Assembly: GCA_002269645.1 (NCBI GenBank)
Contig: NIVC01002724.1
Location: 56,461-120,460, forward strand
Length of the DNA stretch: 64,000 bases
Reading direction: 5' to 3'
Source of the DNA: Macrostomum lignano
Lineage: Eukaryota
The position numbers and the translations under genes were made by a program. This document shows positions 1-14,005 of the stretch, in pieces; the stretch's first letter is position 1, and each line of letters begins with the position of its first letter. The notes under the pieces were generated by a model. That model was not told the DNA's origin. It did no database searches and saw nothing but the letters and a program-made list of their open reading frames with translations.

Positions 1-1849
1 AGCAGATGAGCTTTCCAATTCCGCTCCTTCAGCACCGCCCGAACAGCAGTCACTGGTGACAGGATGTCCTCCTCCGTCACTGAGAAGCCGAGATGTTGAA
101 GCTTTGCCGTCAGCCCAGCTCGAGTCGTCTGACTCTCGTTGGTGACAAATTTCAGCGGAAATCGAGCGTCTTTCAATCTGGGTTGGAAAGCAGAAGGCGA
201 GTTTTGGCTTAATTATGATTGATACATGTGAATTCAGGGTTAACATGTACATGTATCAGAGTGATTCTCACGGTGAGACTCAGGAGTGACTCTCAGTATG
301 AGATTCGAGTGCGATTCTCAGGGTGAGATTCGAAAGGGATTCTCAGGGTGAGAAATTCTCAGGGTGAGATTCGAAAGGGATTCTCAGGGTGAGATTAATG
401 GCGACTCTCAGGGTGAAATTCATGGCGATTCTTAGGGTGAGATTCGAGTGTAATCTTCAGGGTGAGATTTGGGTATGATTCTAAGGGTGAGATTCGAAAG
501 CGACTCTCATGGCGAGATTACCAGTAGAGTGTTATTCTTAGGGTGAGATTCAATGGCGATTCTCAGGGTGAGATTTGGGTGTGATTTTCAAGGGGAGACT
601 TCTTAGGGTGAGATTTGGGTGTTATTCTCAGAGTGAGATTTGGGTGTGATTCTTAGGGTGAGATTCAAGAGTGATTCTCAGGGTGAGATTCGAAAGCGAT
701 TCTCAGGGTGAGCTACGGGTGTGATTCTTAGGGTGAGATTCGAGTTTAATCTTCAGGGTGAGATTTGGGTATGATTCTAAGGGTGAGATTCGAAAGCGAC
801 TCTCATGGCGAGATTACCAGTAGAGTGTTATTCTTAGGGTGAGATTCAATGGCGATTCTCAGGGTGAGATTTGGGTGTGATTTTCAAGGGGAGAATTCTT
901 AGGGTGAGATTTGGGTGTGATTTTCAAGGGGAGAATTCTTAGGGTGAGATTTGGGTGTTATTCTCAGAGTGAGATTTGGGTGTGATTCTTAGGGTGAGAT
1001 TCAAGAGTGATTCTCAGGGTGAGATTCGAAAGCGATTCTCAGGGTGAGCTACGGGTGTGATTCTTAGGGTGAGATTCGAAAGTGATTCTCAGGGTGAAAT
1101 TCGAAAGTGATTCTCAGGGTGAGATTCGAAAGTGATTCTCAGGGTGAGATTCGAAAGTGATTCTCAGGGTGAGATTCGAAAGTGATTCTCAGGGTGAGAT
1201 TCAAAAGTGATTCTCAGGGTGAGATTCAAAAGTGATTCTCAGGGTGAGATTCGAAAGTGATTCTCAGGGTGAGCTATGGGTGTGATTCTTAGGGTGAGAT
1301 TCGAAAGTGATTCTCAGGGTGAGATTCAAAAGTGATTCTCAGGGTGAGATTCGAAAGTGATTCTCAGGGTGAGATTCGAAAATGATTCTCAGGGTGAGAT
1401 TCGAAAGTGATTCTCAGGGTGAGATTCAAAAGTGATTCTCAGGGTGAGATTCAAAAGTGATTCTCAGGGTGAGATTTAAAAGTGATTCTCAGGGTGAGAT
1501 TCAAAAGTGATTCTCAGGGTGAGATTCAAAAGTGATTCTCAGGGTGAGATTCGAAAGTGATTCTCAGGGTGAGATTTTACACGATTCTTAAAACAAGATC
1601 AGAAAATATTCCTAGAATTTTACGGGTTACTCTTTACTTACAGGCTAAGTCTCTGAAGACTTAAGGCCAGTCAAAGGTGGGTTGAAATCTACTCAGACAA
1701 TGTACGAGCGTAGGTTTCCTGTACAGTTACCTTTTGACCGCCTCAATGGATCCTTCAATCAGTCTGCCGCCTGATCCATCCGGGTCGTAAAGCACGCCGG
1801 AAATGTCGCACAGCAGGCCCTTTGCAGATCGCAGCAGGTGTGACGCCAT
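1..1849 (-). CDS. LHPP: Phospholysine phosphohistidine inorganic pyrophosphate phosphatase (HAD family), first two exons; gene runs off the window start
   Basis: Exon 1 1849-1731 translates to MASHLLRSAKGLLCDISGVLYDPDGSGGRLIEGSIEAVK with donor AG|gtaact. Exon 2 from 177 (cag|A) gives R-LKDARFPLKFVTNESQTTRAGLTAKLQHLGFSVTEEDILSPVTAVRAVLKERNW. Phases match; DISGV and TNESQ are LHPP signatures. Confidence 0.9.
258..1578. repeat. 25-bp minisatellite (GATTCTCAGGGTGAGATTCGAAAGT) in LHPP intron 1
   Basis: About 50 tandem copies, degenerate at the left and near-homogeneous from about 1080. Confidence 0.95.
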
Positions 1850-2184
1850 TTTTACAGACCAATTCAAAAGTTCCGATCTGTAAAAATTGAAGTTTGCAGA
1901 CAGATTTATGTCACAAGTTAGTAGTGCCTTAGTGCTTGTGTGCGCTAAGGAGTCAGCGGAATGGGGCAGAACTGCCTTAGTGCTCTGCTTGTGGGAGGGT
2001 TAGCTGATCGTCTCATCGACAGGAAGACAAAATCATGTACACACTCAAAGTCTGGCTATCATAACAGCGAATTTTTTAATCGCACAACATGCGACCGGCT
2101 ATTTTCTATGGTTTTTTATTACTATAAGTAGACAAAACTAGATATGAGTTTAAAAACCGAACAAGCGTGAGGAGAAAGAGCAGT

Positions 2185-2232
2185 CTGTCCTCTGATTGGC
2201 TGGGTTCGACTCAGGATAGTTCTAATTGGCAA
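2185..2232. promoter_or_regulatory. Two reverse CCAAT-box motifs in the LHPP/GPCR divergent intergenic region
   Basis: CTGATTGGC near 2191 and CTAATTGGC near 2222, between ATGs at 1849 (-) and 2328 (+). Confidence 0.35.
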
Positions 2233-2327
2233 AAGATTTGGAAATACGAGCTAAATAACGAGATCGACAAGCAAGAAAAGCTCTTCTATAGGAAGAGTAG
2301 ATATTTTCGTCACGAACTAAAAAAACA

Positions 2328-3554
2328 ATGAACGTCACAAACAACGGAACTGAATTGCTAGCAGACGCGGCACCGTTTGGCGACCTGGTGACTCGAGTGA
2401 TTGCTTCAATCTACGGAGCATGCATAATCGTATTCGGCACCATTGGCAACATGCTGAGCCTGAAGATCTTCTGGAATAGCGACGTGTTCAAGGAGAGCAC
2501 GCACTTCCTGCTGATCATCCTGCAGATTGCTGACAGCTGCGTCCTGCTGCTAGTCGTTGGTCGCTACTGGATTCAACAGGCGTTTCGCTTTGACATCCGG
2601 GATCTTGGCTATCCAGTCTGTTTAAGCCACGTCGTTCTGACGTATCTGTGCGTTGACTTCGCCACCTGGGTGTTGGTGTTCATCGTGTTGGACAGATTTC
2701 TAGCAGTGACCTATCCGATGCGAGCCAGACTCATCATGACGAAACGGAATGCGGTGAAAGTCCTGCTGGCTATCCTGGCCGTTCTCTGCGCCAAAGATTT
2801 GCCGCTGTTGATGTCGCACGATTGGCACGCCGACGAGACGCGACGCTGCATGTACCGGGACAACTTCTTCAAGTACTACTTGGTAGCTGACAGTATTTTG
2901 AACTTCTTCGCTCCAGACTCTCTGCTGTTGATATTCAATTTGATCATCTTCTTTAGCATCAGGAAGCATGCCAGGCTGATGGCGCAGACGGTGAAAGCAT
3001 CCGTGGATCGGAACTCGTCAGTAGCTTCGGTGTCTATCTTAACACCGGCCAGGAAACGAAGTCAGACGGACAGTCGGCAGAGGCAAATGTCTGTAGCCAG
3101 GGTGGCGTTGGTCTCGGGCACAATTCACCTGCTAACAACCATGCCCAGTGCCGTTTACCTGCTGTCGCACTCGTTCATTGACTACAAAGGCACCAGCTTT
3201 CTAGTGAATAACATCTTACTAATGCTGTCCTACACTAACAACGCCATCAACTTTCTAATCTACCTGCCAATTGACGGTCGATTTCGAACCAGCTTCAACA
3301 CGATGGTCACCCCTGAGTGCTCCAACATTAACAATGCCAACAGGCGAGCGACCAAGCGTAACACTAGAAAGTTGGCTTTGCAACAGCGAGAGGAGGACAA
3401 CGACGAAGAAGCCTGCGCTGCGGACGCGTCGAAAGTTCAGAGAGCGACCGAACTATCACAGGAAACTAAAAATGCTAACGAAACGCCGCTGCTGCTAGCA
3501 GAAGTTGCTAAAGATAATGCTAACAATGATTTGAATGTTGACAGTCGTGTGTAA
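2328..3554 (+). CDS. Intronless class A (rhodopsin-like) GPCR, peptide-receptor type (FMRFamide/orphan-like)
   Basis: 408-aa ORF with seven hydrophobic segments, TM1 GTIGN, TM2 LQIADS, TM3 DRF then YP, extracellular Cys pair, TM7 NAINFLIY, N-terminal N-glycosylation sites. Confidence 0.92.
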   Translation: MNVTNNGTELLADAAPFGDLVTRVIASIYGACIIVFGTIGNMLSLKIFWNSDVFKESTHFLLIILQIADSCVLLLVVGRYWIQQAFRFDIRDLGYPVCLSHVVLTYLCVDFATWVLVFIVLDRFLAVTYPMRARLIMTKRNAVKVLLAILAVLCAKDLPLLMSHDWHADETRRCMYRDNFFKYYLVADSILNFFAPDSLLLIFNLIIFFSIRKHARLMAQTVKASVDRNSSVASVSILTPARKRSQTDSRQRQMSVARVALVSGTIHLLTTMPSAVYLLSHSFIDYKGTSFLVNNILLMLSYTNNAINFLIYLPIDGRFRTSFNTMVTPECSNINNANRRATKRNTRKLALQQREEDNDEEACAADASKVQRATELSQETKNANETPLLLAEVAKDNANNDLNVDSRV

Positions 3555-4079
3555 CAAGCAGTAATGTTTCACGAGTTATAGTTACACGTTAAAAAAGTTT
3601 TTTTTGACAGTTTGCACATAATGGTAGACCCCGAAAGTTGAACGCGCTGGAGTAACCGTCTGTGTGCACACACACGCACACGAACACTGGAAATGTTTAA
3701 TCAGATTAAATATTCATGTTAGCAACTAACTGTTATTATACTATACATATATACTTTGAACAGCGATTCTTTGCATTAGCTATCGGGAACACAGAAGCGC
3801 GAAAGCTAGCTACTAAGAATAAACAGTATAAGTCCAATCTCTACTGAACAACATACTGTACAATATTTACAATCTGCATAGCTAACTATGGCTATGGAAA
3901 TTAAGTACTACCCTCAGTACCCTCAGGTAGCATCCACTACACTATACAAATATACATATATACATAAATATAATTCCTACGCTTCAGTCTGCACAGGGAC
4001 CGCTGTTCCCACCTAAAATATATGCGGATCGATAAATAATTACATAATCTAATTATCTCTGCTGGTCAGGAACAAAGAA

Positions 4080-4169
<90 letters not shown>
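4080..4169. repeat. (GA)n microsatellite
   Basis: About 45 dinucleotide units. Confidence 0.97.
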
Positions 4170-4173
<4 letters not shown>

Positions 4174-4299
4174 GATGCGGAGGCGCAGAGAACTTTATTT
4201 TCAAGTTGACCTCGATAGGCATAGCTACCTGAAAATTGTCGTGTTTGTTTCTCAATTGCTATTTTGTATTGACGTACATTCGGGATAGTTACAGTAGGT

Positions 4300-4525
4300 G
4301 AAGGTTAAGCTGTAGATTAGGTGAAGGCAGATTTGTAGATTAGGTGAAGGCATAAGTTTGTAGGTTAGGTAAAGGGAGGGTTGTAGGTTAGGTAAAGGGA
4401 GTGTTGTAGGTTAGGTGAAGGGAGGGTTGTAGGTTAGGTGAAGGAGGGTTGTGAGTTAGGAGGATTGTAGGTGAAGGAGGGTTGTAAGTTAGGTGAAGGA
4501 GGGTTGTAGGTTAGGTGAAGGAGGT
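4300..4525. repeat. Degenerate G-rich ~22-bp tandem repeat (GTAGGTTAGGTGAAGGGAGGGTT-like)
   Basis: About 10 imperfect units. Confidence 0.75.
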
Positions 4526-4809
4526 CTTATCCAGCATAAAAAGCGAAGACCATTCAAAAGCTATTTTAAAAGTATAAGACAACGAAGGAGTTTGAAAGCT
4601 AACTTCCGCCTTTTACTTCGAAGTTATATATGCAACTTTCACCATAAATACTTCAGCATTGTTTACGATTTCGATTTAAATTGTTATACCAAAGGTCATA
4701 GAAAGCAATAGGCGTTACCACTCAATGAACAAAAAATTCAATTGATTTGAAATTACGTGTAAAAAGTAAGATATTGCATTGCTAATATAACCTAAATAAT
4801 TGGTGAATG

Positions 4810-5575
4810 TAATAGAATGGATTGCTAATCTAGCCAGCATCATGGATGAAGGAATAGAATGTATTGCTAATCTAGCCAGCATTATTAATGGAGGAATATA
4901 ATGGATTTCTAATCTAGCCAACATAATGGATGAAGGAGTAGAATGGGTTGCTAATCTAGCCAATATCATGGATGAATGAATAGAATGGATTGCTAATCTA
5001 GCCAACATCATGGATAAAGGAATAGAATGGATTGCTAATCTAGCCAACATAATGGATGAAGGAATAGAATGGGTTGCTAATCTAGCCAATATCATGGATG
5101 AATGAATAGAATGGATTGCTAATCTAGCCAAACATCATGGATAAAGGCATAGAGTGGATTGCTAATCTAGCCAACATCATGGATAAAGGAATAGAATGGA
5201 TTGCTAATCTAGCCAACATAATGGATGAAGGAATAGAATGGGTTGCTAATCTAGCCAATATCATGGATGAATGAATAGAATGGATTGCTAATCTAGCCAA
5301 ACATCATGGATAAAGGCATAGAGTGGATTGCTAATCTAGCCAACATCATGGATACAGGAATAGAATGGATTGCTAATCTAGCCAATATCATGGATTAAGG
5401 AATAGAGTGGATTGCTAATCTAGCCAACATAATGGATAAAGGAATAGAATGGATTGCTAATCTAGCCAATATCATGGATTAAGGAATAGAATGGATTGCT
5501 AATCTAGCCAACATCATGGATAAAGGAATAGAATGGATTGCTAATCTAGCCAATATCATGGATTAAGGAATAGAA
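4810..5575. repeat. 42-bp minisatellite (GGAATAGAATGGATTGCTAATCTAGCCAACATCATGGATAAA)
   Basis: About 18 copies; explains ORF 4715-5131. Confidence 0.95.
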
Positions 5576-6066
5576 CGCATTTACTTTGGCCCCTCCTTGA
5601 ACTAGCATAAAATAATGGTGACCCTTTTCAAGAGCTTCAAAAATCCCAAATCTAGATCGAGTCGCGGATCTGAAGACACAAAAGGGCCAGCCGCAATCCC
5701 AGCTCGATGGAAATTTTGCATGATAAATCAGATCCGCCTAGCCTGCCAAGCTGCTTGCCACAGATACAGGACAAGCAAGCCGAATAATATCGTATCTTAT
5801 TTTTAATAACTCTTTAAAAATAGAATATACTTCCGGTCTCTTTTTCCTGTTGGATTTAAAGCGCTTTTTGCAGCCTTATAAAAAGAATCTGCACAAATTT
5901 GACGCGACCCTCTTGTTACACTTATAAGATTTCAACGGCACTGCAGAAAAAATGGTTAAAAATAATTGAAGCCCATGCAATGATTTAATTAAAAAAGGTT
6001 CCTTCTCGTGAAACGAGTACCAACTGCATATTGATTTAATTAACTTTTTTCCAGAATACATCCGCC

Positions 6067-7610
6067 TTGACGCTACTGACACCCAATTTGACGCAAGTGA
6101 CACCCAACTTGATGCTACTGACACCCAACTTGACGCTACTGACACCCAATTTGACGCTACTGACACCCAATTTGATGCTACTGACACCCAAACTGGAGCT
6201 ACTGACACCCAACTTGACGCTACTGACACCCAATTTGATGCTACTGACACCCAATTTGATGCTACTGACACCCAATTTGATGCTACTGACACCCAACTTG
6301 AAGCTACTGACACCCAAACTGGAGCTACTGACACCCAACTTGACGCTACTGACACCCAATTTGATGCTACTGACACCCAATTTGATGCTACTGACACCCA
6401 ACTTGAAGCTACTGACACCCAATTTGACGCTACTAACACCCAATTTGACGCTACTGACACCCAACTTGAAGCTACTGACACCCAAACTGGAGCTACTGAC
6501 ACCCAATTTGACGCTACTGACACCCAATTTGACGCTACTGACACCCAACTTGAAGCTACTGACACCCAAACTGGAGCTACTGACACCCAATTTGACGCTA
6601 CTGACACCCAACTTGAAGCTACTGACACCCAAACTGGAGCTACTGACACCCAATTTGACGCTACTGACACCCAATTTGACGCTACTGACACCCAACTTGA
6701 AGCTACTGACACCCAAACTGGAGCTACTGACACCCAACTTGACGCTACTGACACCCAATTTGATGCTACTGACACCCAATTTGATGCTACTGACACCCAA
6801 CTTGATGCTACTGACACCCAACTTGATGCTACTGACACCCAACTTGATGCTACTGACACCCAACTTGATGCTACTGACACCCAACTTGATGCTACTGACA
6901 CCCAACTTGATGCTACTGACACCCAACTTGACGCTACTGACACCCAATTTGACGCTACTGACACCCAACTTGATGCTACTGACACCCAACTTGAAGCTAC
7001 TGACACCCAAAATTGATGCTACTGACACCCAAAATTGATGCTACTGACACCCAACTTGATGCTACTGACACCCAACTTGATGCTACTGACACCCAACTTG
7101 ATGCTACTGACACCCAACTTGATGCTACTGACACCCAACTTGACGCTACTGACACCCAATTTGACGCTACTGACACCCAACTTGATGCTACTGACACCCA
7201 ACTTGATGCTACTGACACCCAAAATTGATGCTACTGACACCCAAAATTGATGCTACTGACACCCAACTTGATGCTACTGACACCCAAACTGAAGTTGCTG
7301 ACACTTGAACTGGAGCTACTGACACCCAAACTGAAGTTGCTGACACCCAAACTGAAGTTGCTGACACATGAACTGGAGCTACTGACACCCAACTTGATGC
7401 TACTGACACCCAAACTGAAGTTGCTGACACTTGAACTGGAGCTACTGACACCCAAACTGGAGCTACTGACACCCAAACTGAAGCTACTGACACCCAAACT
7501 GGAGCTACTGACACCCAAACTGGAGCTACTGACACCCAAACTGGAGCTACTGACACCCAAACTGGAGCTACTGACACCCAAACTGAAGCTACTGACCCCC
7601 AACTTGACGC
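6067..7610. repeat. 21-bp minisatellite (GCTACTGACACCCAACTTGAT)
   Basis: About 73 copies; source of the VASSW/LLTPN ORFs. Confidence 0.97.
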
Positions 7611-8199
7611 CACAGAACCCAGAGTAACACATCTGTGGTCAATCAACACACACAGTAACATTCGCTGTCATTTCAATTAAAACAAGGAAAATAAATATTA
7701 TCGAACGAATCATTCGTTTTGCATCGTCACGCGCAGATCATTTTTCTTCTCGCCATGAAAGTCGATATGGCGCCGAACTTGCCACTGGCTGAGAAGAAAA
7801 TTATTAATTCAGCATTTGTCTTGTCTCCCTTCTGTGACGCACGCAATTCTAGTCAACAGTGTTGAATTACCTTGAATCCTTCAGCAACCCTGATGCACCT
7901 GGTTCACATTTGCAATGCAGAATTAACGACTGAAAACAACTCAAGAACATTTTATCACTGACTATCCCCCCCTCCTTTATTCTCTTTTGCCCTGCCTCGC
8001 TTTGACTTGCATGACAAATTGGCTAGCAAGGATATAAGATTGCTTGCTTTCTTGAAGAAATTCTATTCTGCATTTTGGCCTTTGTTCTTGTCACGATTAC
8101 TTTGTTTATGGCTATTAGCCAATCTTGATAGGAAGAGTCAAAGGTTGAGGGGAAAGGATTAGTGTTAATCCTGACAGTAATCTGCTCTCAAATCTAGTT

Positions 8200-8665
<466 letters not shown>

Positions 8666-9332
8666 ATCTGCGAGTGCACATATTTTGCATCTACTCGTTA
8701 TTTCCCCCCATGTACTTCTCTTCAATTTCTTTCCATCTCTGCCCCCTCATGGGTTAAGCTTCAATTTTATAAAATCCAGTTTTTATCCCCCCCCCTCAAA
8801 TCTGTCCACTTTGTTTCAAACAATTTTCCTCATAGAAGCCATTATTAAAATGTCAGTCCTTTCTTTACAACCGCAATAGAAAGTCCTACGAAACTTTGCC
8901 TTCTCATCAACTATTTATCGAATCTATACAAGAAACTTTCATTCCGAACATAATAGCATGCGCGAACTTCTATGAGAAAAAAAGACTTGAAGTGAAAAAG
9001 GGAGAGCGCAGAGAGGACTGAGAAAGCTTGCTCTCGCTTAGAAAGAAAGAAACACGCAGTGTCTCAAAGAAAAAAATCAACACGTAAAAATCAATGACTC
9101 CCCACTCAGCTGCCTTCGCTGAATTTATTTTATTGATCTCCAACTAACCCAGCGGAACTTGCCTCGTTCCTATCCGCCAGGTTAGCAAGGTCGGAAAAAT
9201 ACCGTATGTAGAGAGAAAAGCATAATAAAAGTGGCTTCTTGAAGCTTCTTGGATATTTAAAAAAAATTGAATATCAGTTTAAACCCATTGAAGTCGGGAG
9301 ATAAATTGTTTTGTCGGAGAATAAGTACATCC

Positions 9333-9640
9333 AGGGTGAGTTAAGTGGGGTGTTGTGGATTGGTTTGATCGGAGTCTATGTACACTGAGGGGTGAGTGAA
9401 GTTGGGGGTTGGGCTGGTTTGATCGGAGTCTATGTACACTGAGGGGTGAGTGAAGTTGGGGGTTGGGCTGGTTTGATCGGAGTCTATGTACACTGAGGGG
9501 TGAGTGAAGTGGGGGTTGGGCTGGTTTGATCGGAGTCTATGTACACTGAGGGGTGAGTGAAGTTAGGGGTTGGGCTGGTTTGATCGGAGTCTATGTACAC
9601 TGAGGGGTGAGTGAAGTGGGGGTTGGGCTGGTTTGATCGG
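9333..9640. repeat. 54-bp tandem repeat (TGGTTTGATCGGAGTCTATGTACACTGAGGGGTGAGTGAAG...)
   Basis: About 5.5 copies; unit starts at 9361 and 9415. Confidence 0.93.
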
Positions 9641-10589
9641 AAATATTTGTCTGCAAAGATATTAGCAAATTAACCATAGCTAGCTTTAACAAAACTCTAT
9701 ACGGCATAATAAAAAATTAATGTCAGAAGTAAGGGACATGCTGTCAAATCTGCAAAACTAGTGGGCAAAGTTTTTATGGATTTTTTAAATCTCAAGAGAG
9801 AGGGCTAGAGTTTTAATATCCTAGCTCGTAAAAAAACCCTGACACTTTATGATGCCTTGTAATACTCATAGCAGATCTCACTTCTCACTTTCTCGACATG
9901 AGATTATGTTTCTAAGGCCAAAGTTTCACTCTTTAGAGGGTAGACACAAGAATGGACTCACCAAAAAGTGACAATGTAATCCGTTAAAACCGAAATAATA
10001 ATTAACTCTATTAGCGAAGTGCTGCCTGCTGCTGATGTGCGTGGTGAATCGTTGATTATTTATTTTTGTTTGCTGTCAAAAGTGACTGAAAAGGGTAAAA
10101 AATTATTATTTAAAACTTTTGTTTACCTAGAGTCCACCTAGTTGTATCTTATTTTTCTCTCTAATAATTTACTTTTCAGGTACATAAAAGTGCAACAAGA
10201 CGACACGTGCTCGATTTTTTACTCCTTGCTCAACTTAGCTAGCTGAAGTTCTTTCCACAAGCAGTCCGCGTGAACAGTCCATAGCATTGTTAATTGGCAG
10301 AATGACTCAAGGAGGACTCCTGGTCACGATAGTGAAACAGGAAACTAAGCTAAGTAGTTAGAGAAGTCGAAGATGAGTCAAGCTAGCCAATTTAAAGACG
10401 CGTCCGCAACCGCAGCACAGATGGCCTAATTAAGCTGAGATAAGCAGCTGCCTTGGCTTGGACAAAAAATGTTTCTATTTACGCTCGTAAAAAATTACAG
10501 TTTCGCTGTTTACCTACATGTCCTTGGCAACAAAGCGGCTAGGGCTAAATTTGAAAATATTTATAGTTTTTACATTTTTCTCAAAAAAT

Positions 10590-12525
10590 GTCTCATCTTT
10601 TGCTCTCCCCGTCTCATCATCTCTTGCTCTCCCTGTCTCATCATCTCTTGCTCTCCATGTCTCATCATCTCTTGCTCTCCATGTCTCATCATCTCTTGCT
10701 CTCCATGTCTTATCATCTCTTGCTCTCTCCCTGTCTCATCATCTCTTGCTCTCCCCATCTCATCATCTCTTGCTTTCTCCCTGTCTCATCATCTCTTGCT
10801 CTCCCTGTCTCATCATCTCTTGCTCTCCCTGTCTCATCATCTCTTGCTTTCTCCCTGTCTCATCATCTCTTGCTTTCTCCCCGTCTCATCATCTCTTGCT
10901 TTCTCCCTGTCTCATCATCTCTTGCTTTCTCCCTGTCTCATCATCTCTTGCTCTCCCCATCTCATCATCTCTTGCTTTCTCCCTGTCTCATCATCTCTTG
11001 CTTTCTCCCTGTCTCATCATCTCTTGCTCTCCCCATCTCATCATCTCTTGCTTTCTCCCTGTCTCATCATCTCTTGCTCTCTCCCTGTCTCATAATCTCT
11101 TGCTCTCTCCCTGTTTCATCATCTCTTGCTCTCCCCATCTCATCATCTCTTGCTTTCTCCCTGTCTCATCATCTCTTGCTCTCCCCATCTCATCATCTCT
11201 TGCTTTCTCCCTGTCTCATCATCTCTTGCTCTCCCCATCTCATCATCTCTTGCTTTCTCCCTGTCTCATCATCTCTTGCTTTCTCCCCGTCTCATCATTT
11301 CTTGCTCTCCCCATCTCATCATCTCTTGCTCTCCCTGTCTCATCATCTCTTGCTCTCCATGTCTCATCATCTCTTGCTCTCCATGTCTCATCATCTCTTG
11401 CTCTCCATGTCTTATCATCTCTTGCTCTCTCCCTGTCTCATCATCTCTTGCTCTCCCCATCTCATCATCTCTTGCTTTCTCCCTGTCTCATCATCTCTTG
11501 CTCTCCCTGTCTCATCATCTCTTGCTCTCCCTGTCTCATAATCTCTTGCTTTCTCCCTGTCTCATCATCTCTTGCTTTCTCCCCGTCTCATCATCTCTTG
11601 CTTTCTCCCTGTCTCATCATCTCTTGCTTTCTCCCTGTCTCATCATCTCTTGCTCTCCCCATCTCATCATCTCTTGCTTTCTCCCTGTCTCATCATCTCT
11701 TGCTTTCTCCCTGTCTCATCATCTCTTGCTCTCCCCATCTCATCATCTCTTGCTTTCTCCCTGTCTCATCATCTCTTGCTCTCTCCCTGTCTCATCATCT
11801 CTTGCTCTCTCCCTGTCTCATCATCTCTTGCTCTCCCCATCTCATCATCTCTTGCTTTCTCCCTGTCTCATCATCTCTTGCTCTCCCCATCTCATCATCT
11901 CTTGCTTTCTCCCTGTCTCATCATCTCTTGCTCTCCCCATCTCATCATCTCTTGCTTTCTCCCTGTCTCATCATCTCTTGCTTTCTCCCCGTCTCATCAT
12001 TTCTTGCTCTCCCCATCTCATCATCTCTTGCTTTCTCCCCGTCTCATCATTTCTTGCTCTCCCCATCTCATCATCTCTTGCTTTCTCCCTGTCTCATCAT
12101 CTCTTGCTCTCCCCATCTCATCATCTCTTGCTTTCTCCCTGTCTCATCATCTCTTGCTTTCTCCCCGTCTCATCATCTCTTGCTCTCTCCCTGTCTCATC
12201 ATCTCTTGCTTTCTCCCCGTCTCATCATCTCTTGCTTTCTCCCTGTCTCATCATCTCTTGCTTTCTCCCCGTCTCATCATCTCTTGCTTTCTCCCCGTCT
12301 CATCATCTCTTGCTTTCTCCCCGTCTCATCATCTCTTGCTCTCTCCCTGTCTCATCATCTCTTGCTCTCTCCGTCTCATCATCTCTTGCTTTCTCCCTGT
12401 CTCATCATCTCTTGCTCTCTCCCTGTCTCATCATCTCTTGCTCTCCCTGTCTCATCATCTCTTGCTCTCTCCCTGTCTCATCATCTCTTGCTCTCCCTGT
12501 CTCATCATCTCTTGCTCTCCCTCAT
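10590..12525. repeat. 24-26-bp pyrimidine-rich minisatellite (CTCATCATCTCTTGCT(TT)CTCCCTGT)
   Basis: About 75-80 copies; source of the 680/470/341-aa low-complexity ORFs. Confidence 0.97.
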
Positions 12526-12949
12526 CATATCCTTTTAAACTCTGTCCCTTTCCTGTATGAAACTCTGTCCTTCATCAGTTTTATTACTCTTAGCTGATGT
12601 GAAAATCTTCTCATCTTCTCATAGGAAAACTCAATAACTGGCACCCAACGACGAGAGAAAGAGAGATGTTGAGTCAACAGGATCTCGTGCTCCCATCTTC
12701 CCAACTCACTTAAAACCTCTGCAGACTGGGTTCGGTTGGTTCCATCACTTTCGCCAGCTCAGCAGCCTATATAAACGGTCTGTTTGCTCAAGTCACACAC
12801 GAGCTCATTGCCCTTCTATTCCACCAAACTAGGCTCCAGGGCTTGCAGGACTCAAAGCCTATCCATCCGTATGGCTAATCTCAAACAATGTTTTATCGTT
12901 CTACGAGCGTAGGTTTACACTTTAAAGGGGCCATGGAACTCTAATAAAA

Positions 12950-13260
12950 TTTATAGGATCTGGAGTTCTTAGATTCTTATATCAAGCTGGGATTTTGCTG
13001 ACTTTAGGTCCCCTTGACTTTGGGATCCCTTTAACTTCGGGATCTTTTTGACTTTGGGATCCTTTGACATCGAGATCTCTTTGATTTTGGAACCTTTTTG
13101 TCGTTAGGAACTTTTCGAATTTCGGGATCTTTTTGACTTTGGGATTTTCGAATTTGTTTTAGTCTGAATTTGGGATCAGAGTTTTTCATAGTTCGATTTT
13201 TGAATCGTTCTCCAACTTTGGGATCTTTAGGTTTGGGATGGTTGGGATTTAAATTTATAG
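12950..13260. repeat. Degenerate TTTGGGATC low-complexity repeat; reverse-orientation relative at about 22385-22620
   Basis: Repeated TTT(T/G)GGATC motifs here and AAAGATCCCCAAAAT motifs at 22.4-22.6 kb. Confidence 0.6.
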
Positions 13261-13385
13261 TCGAAGATCCGAAAAAGCCCAAATTAGAGCAAATTACAAA
13301 CCTGATTGCAAGCTTTATTCCTCCTGAAATCTATATTATTGTGGATCTCCTTGCAATAAGAGGTCTCTCCTTTGCTTCAACTTCC

Positions 13386-13661
13386 CATCAATCTATTAAT
13401 CCTTAGGTCAGACGGAGTCAAATATTAGATCTCATCAATCTATTAATCCTTAGGTCAGACGGAGTCAAATATTAGATCTCATCAATCTATTAATCCTTAG
13501 GTCAGACGGAGTCAAATATTAGATCTCATCAATCTATTAATCCTTAGGTCAGACGGAGTCAAATATTAGATCTCATCAATCTATTAATCCTTAGGTCAGA
13601 CGGAGTCAAATATTAGATCTCATCAATCTATTAATCCTTAGGTCAGACGGAGTCAAATATT
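13386..13661. repeat. 47-bp tandem repeat (CATCAATCTATTAATCCTTAGGTCAGACGGAGTCAAATATTAGATCT)
   Basis: About 6 near-identical copies; starts at 13386 and 13433. Confidence 0.96.
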
Positions 13662-14005
13662 TGTCTACTTAGACAGAGTGCAGCTAAATGAGAGAATTAG
13701 CAAGGATACTACCGGCGTACAGTCAAACATCACGCGACCAACTAGCCACTATTTAATCAGCTGATAAACAGAAAGACAAAATAAGAAAATATGTTGCGCC
13801 CCAATCTACCTATAGCGCCTTTAACAGCTTTTCTTAGCTAATGACGCAAAAACACTAATTAGGCCAAAAGCTAGCAAAAAACAGGCAGGTGCAAAATCTT
13901 GCTGACGGGAATAAACAGTCGAAATTTTATCCCTTTCCCTGTTTTTTTCTCTTCCCAAGTGCATCCGGTGGATAAACACAAACCCATTTAAATGTGGATG
14001 ACCAT

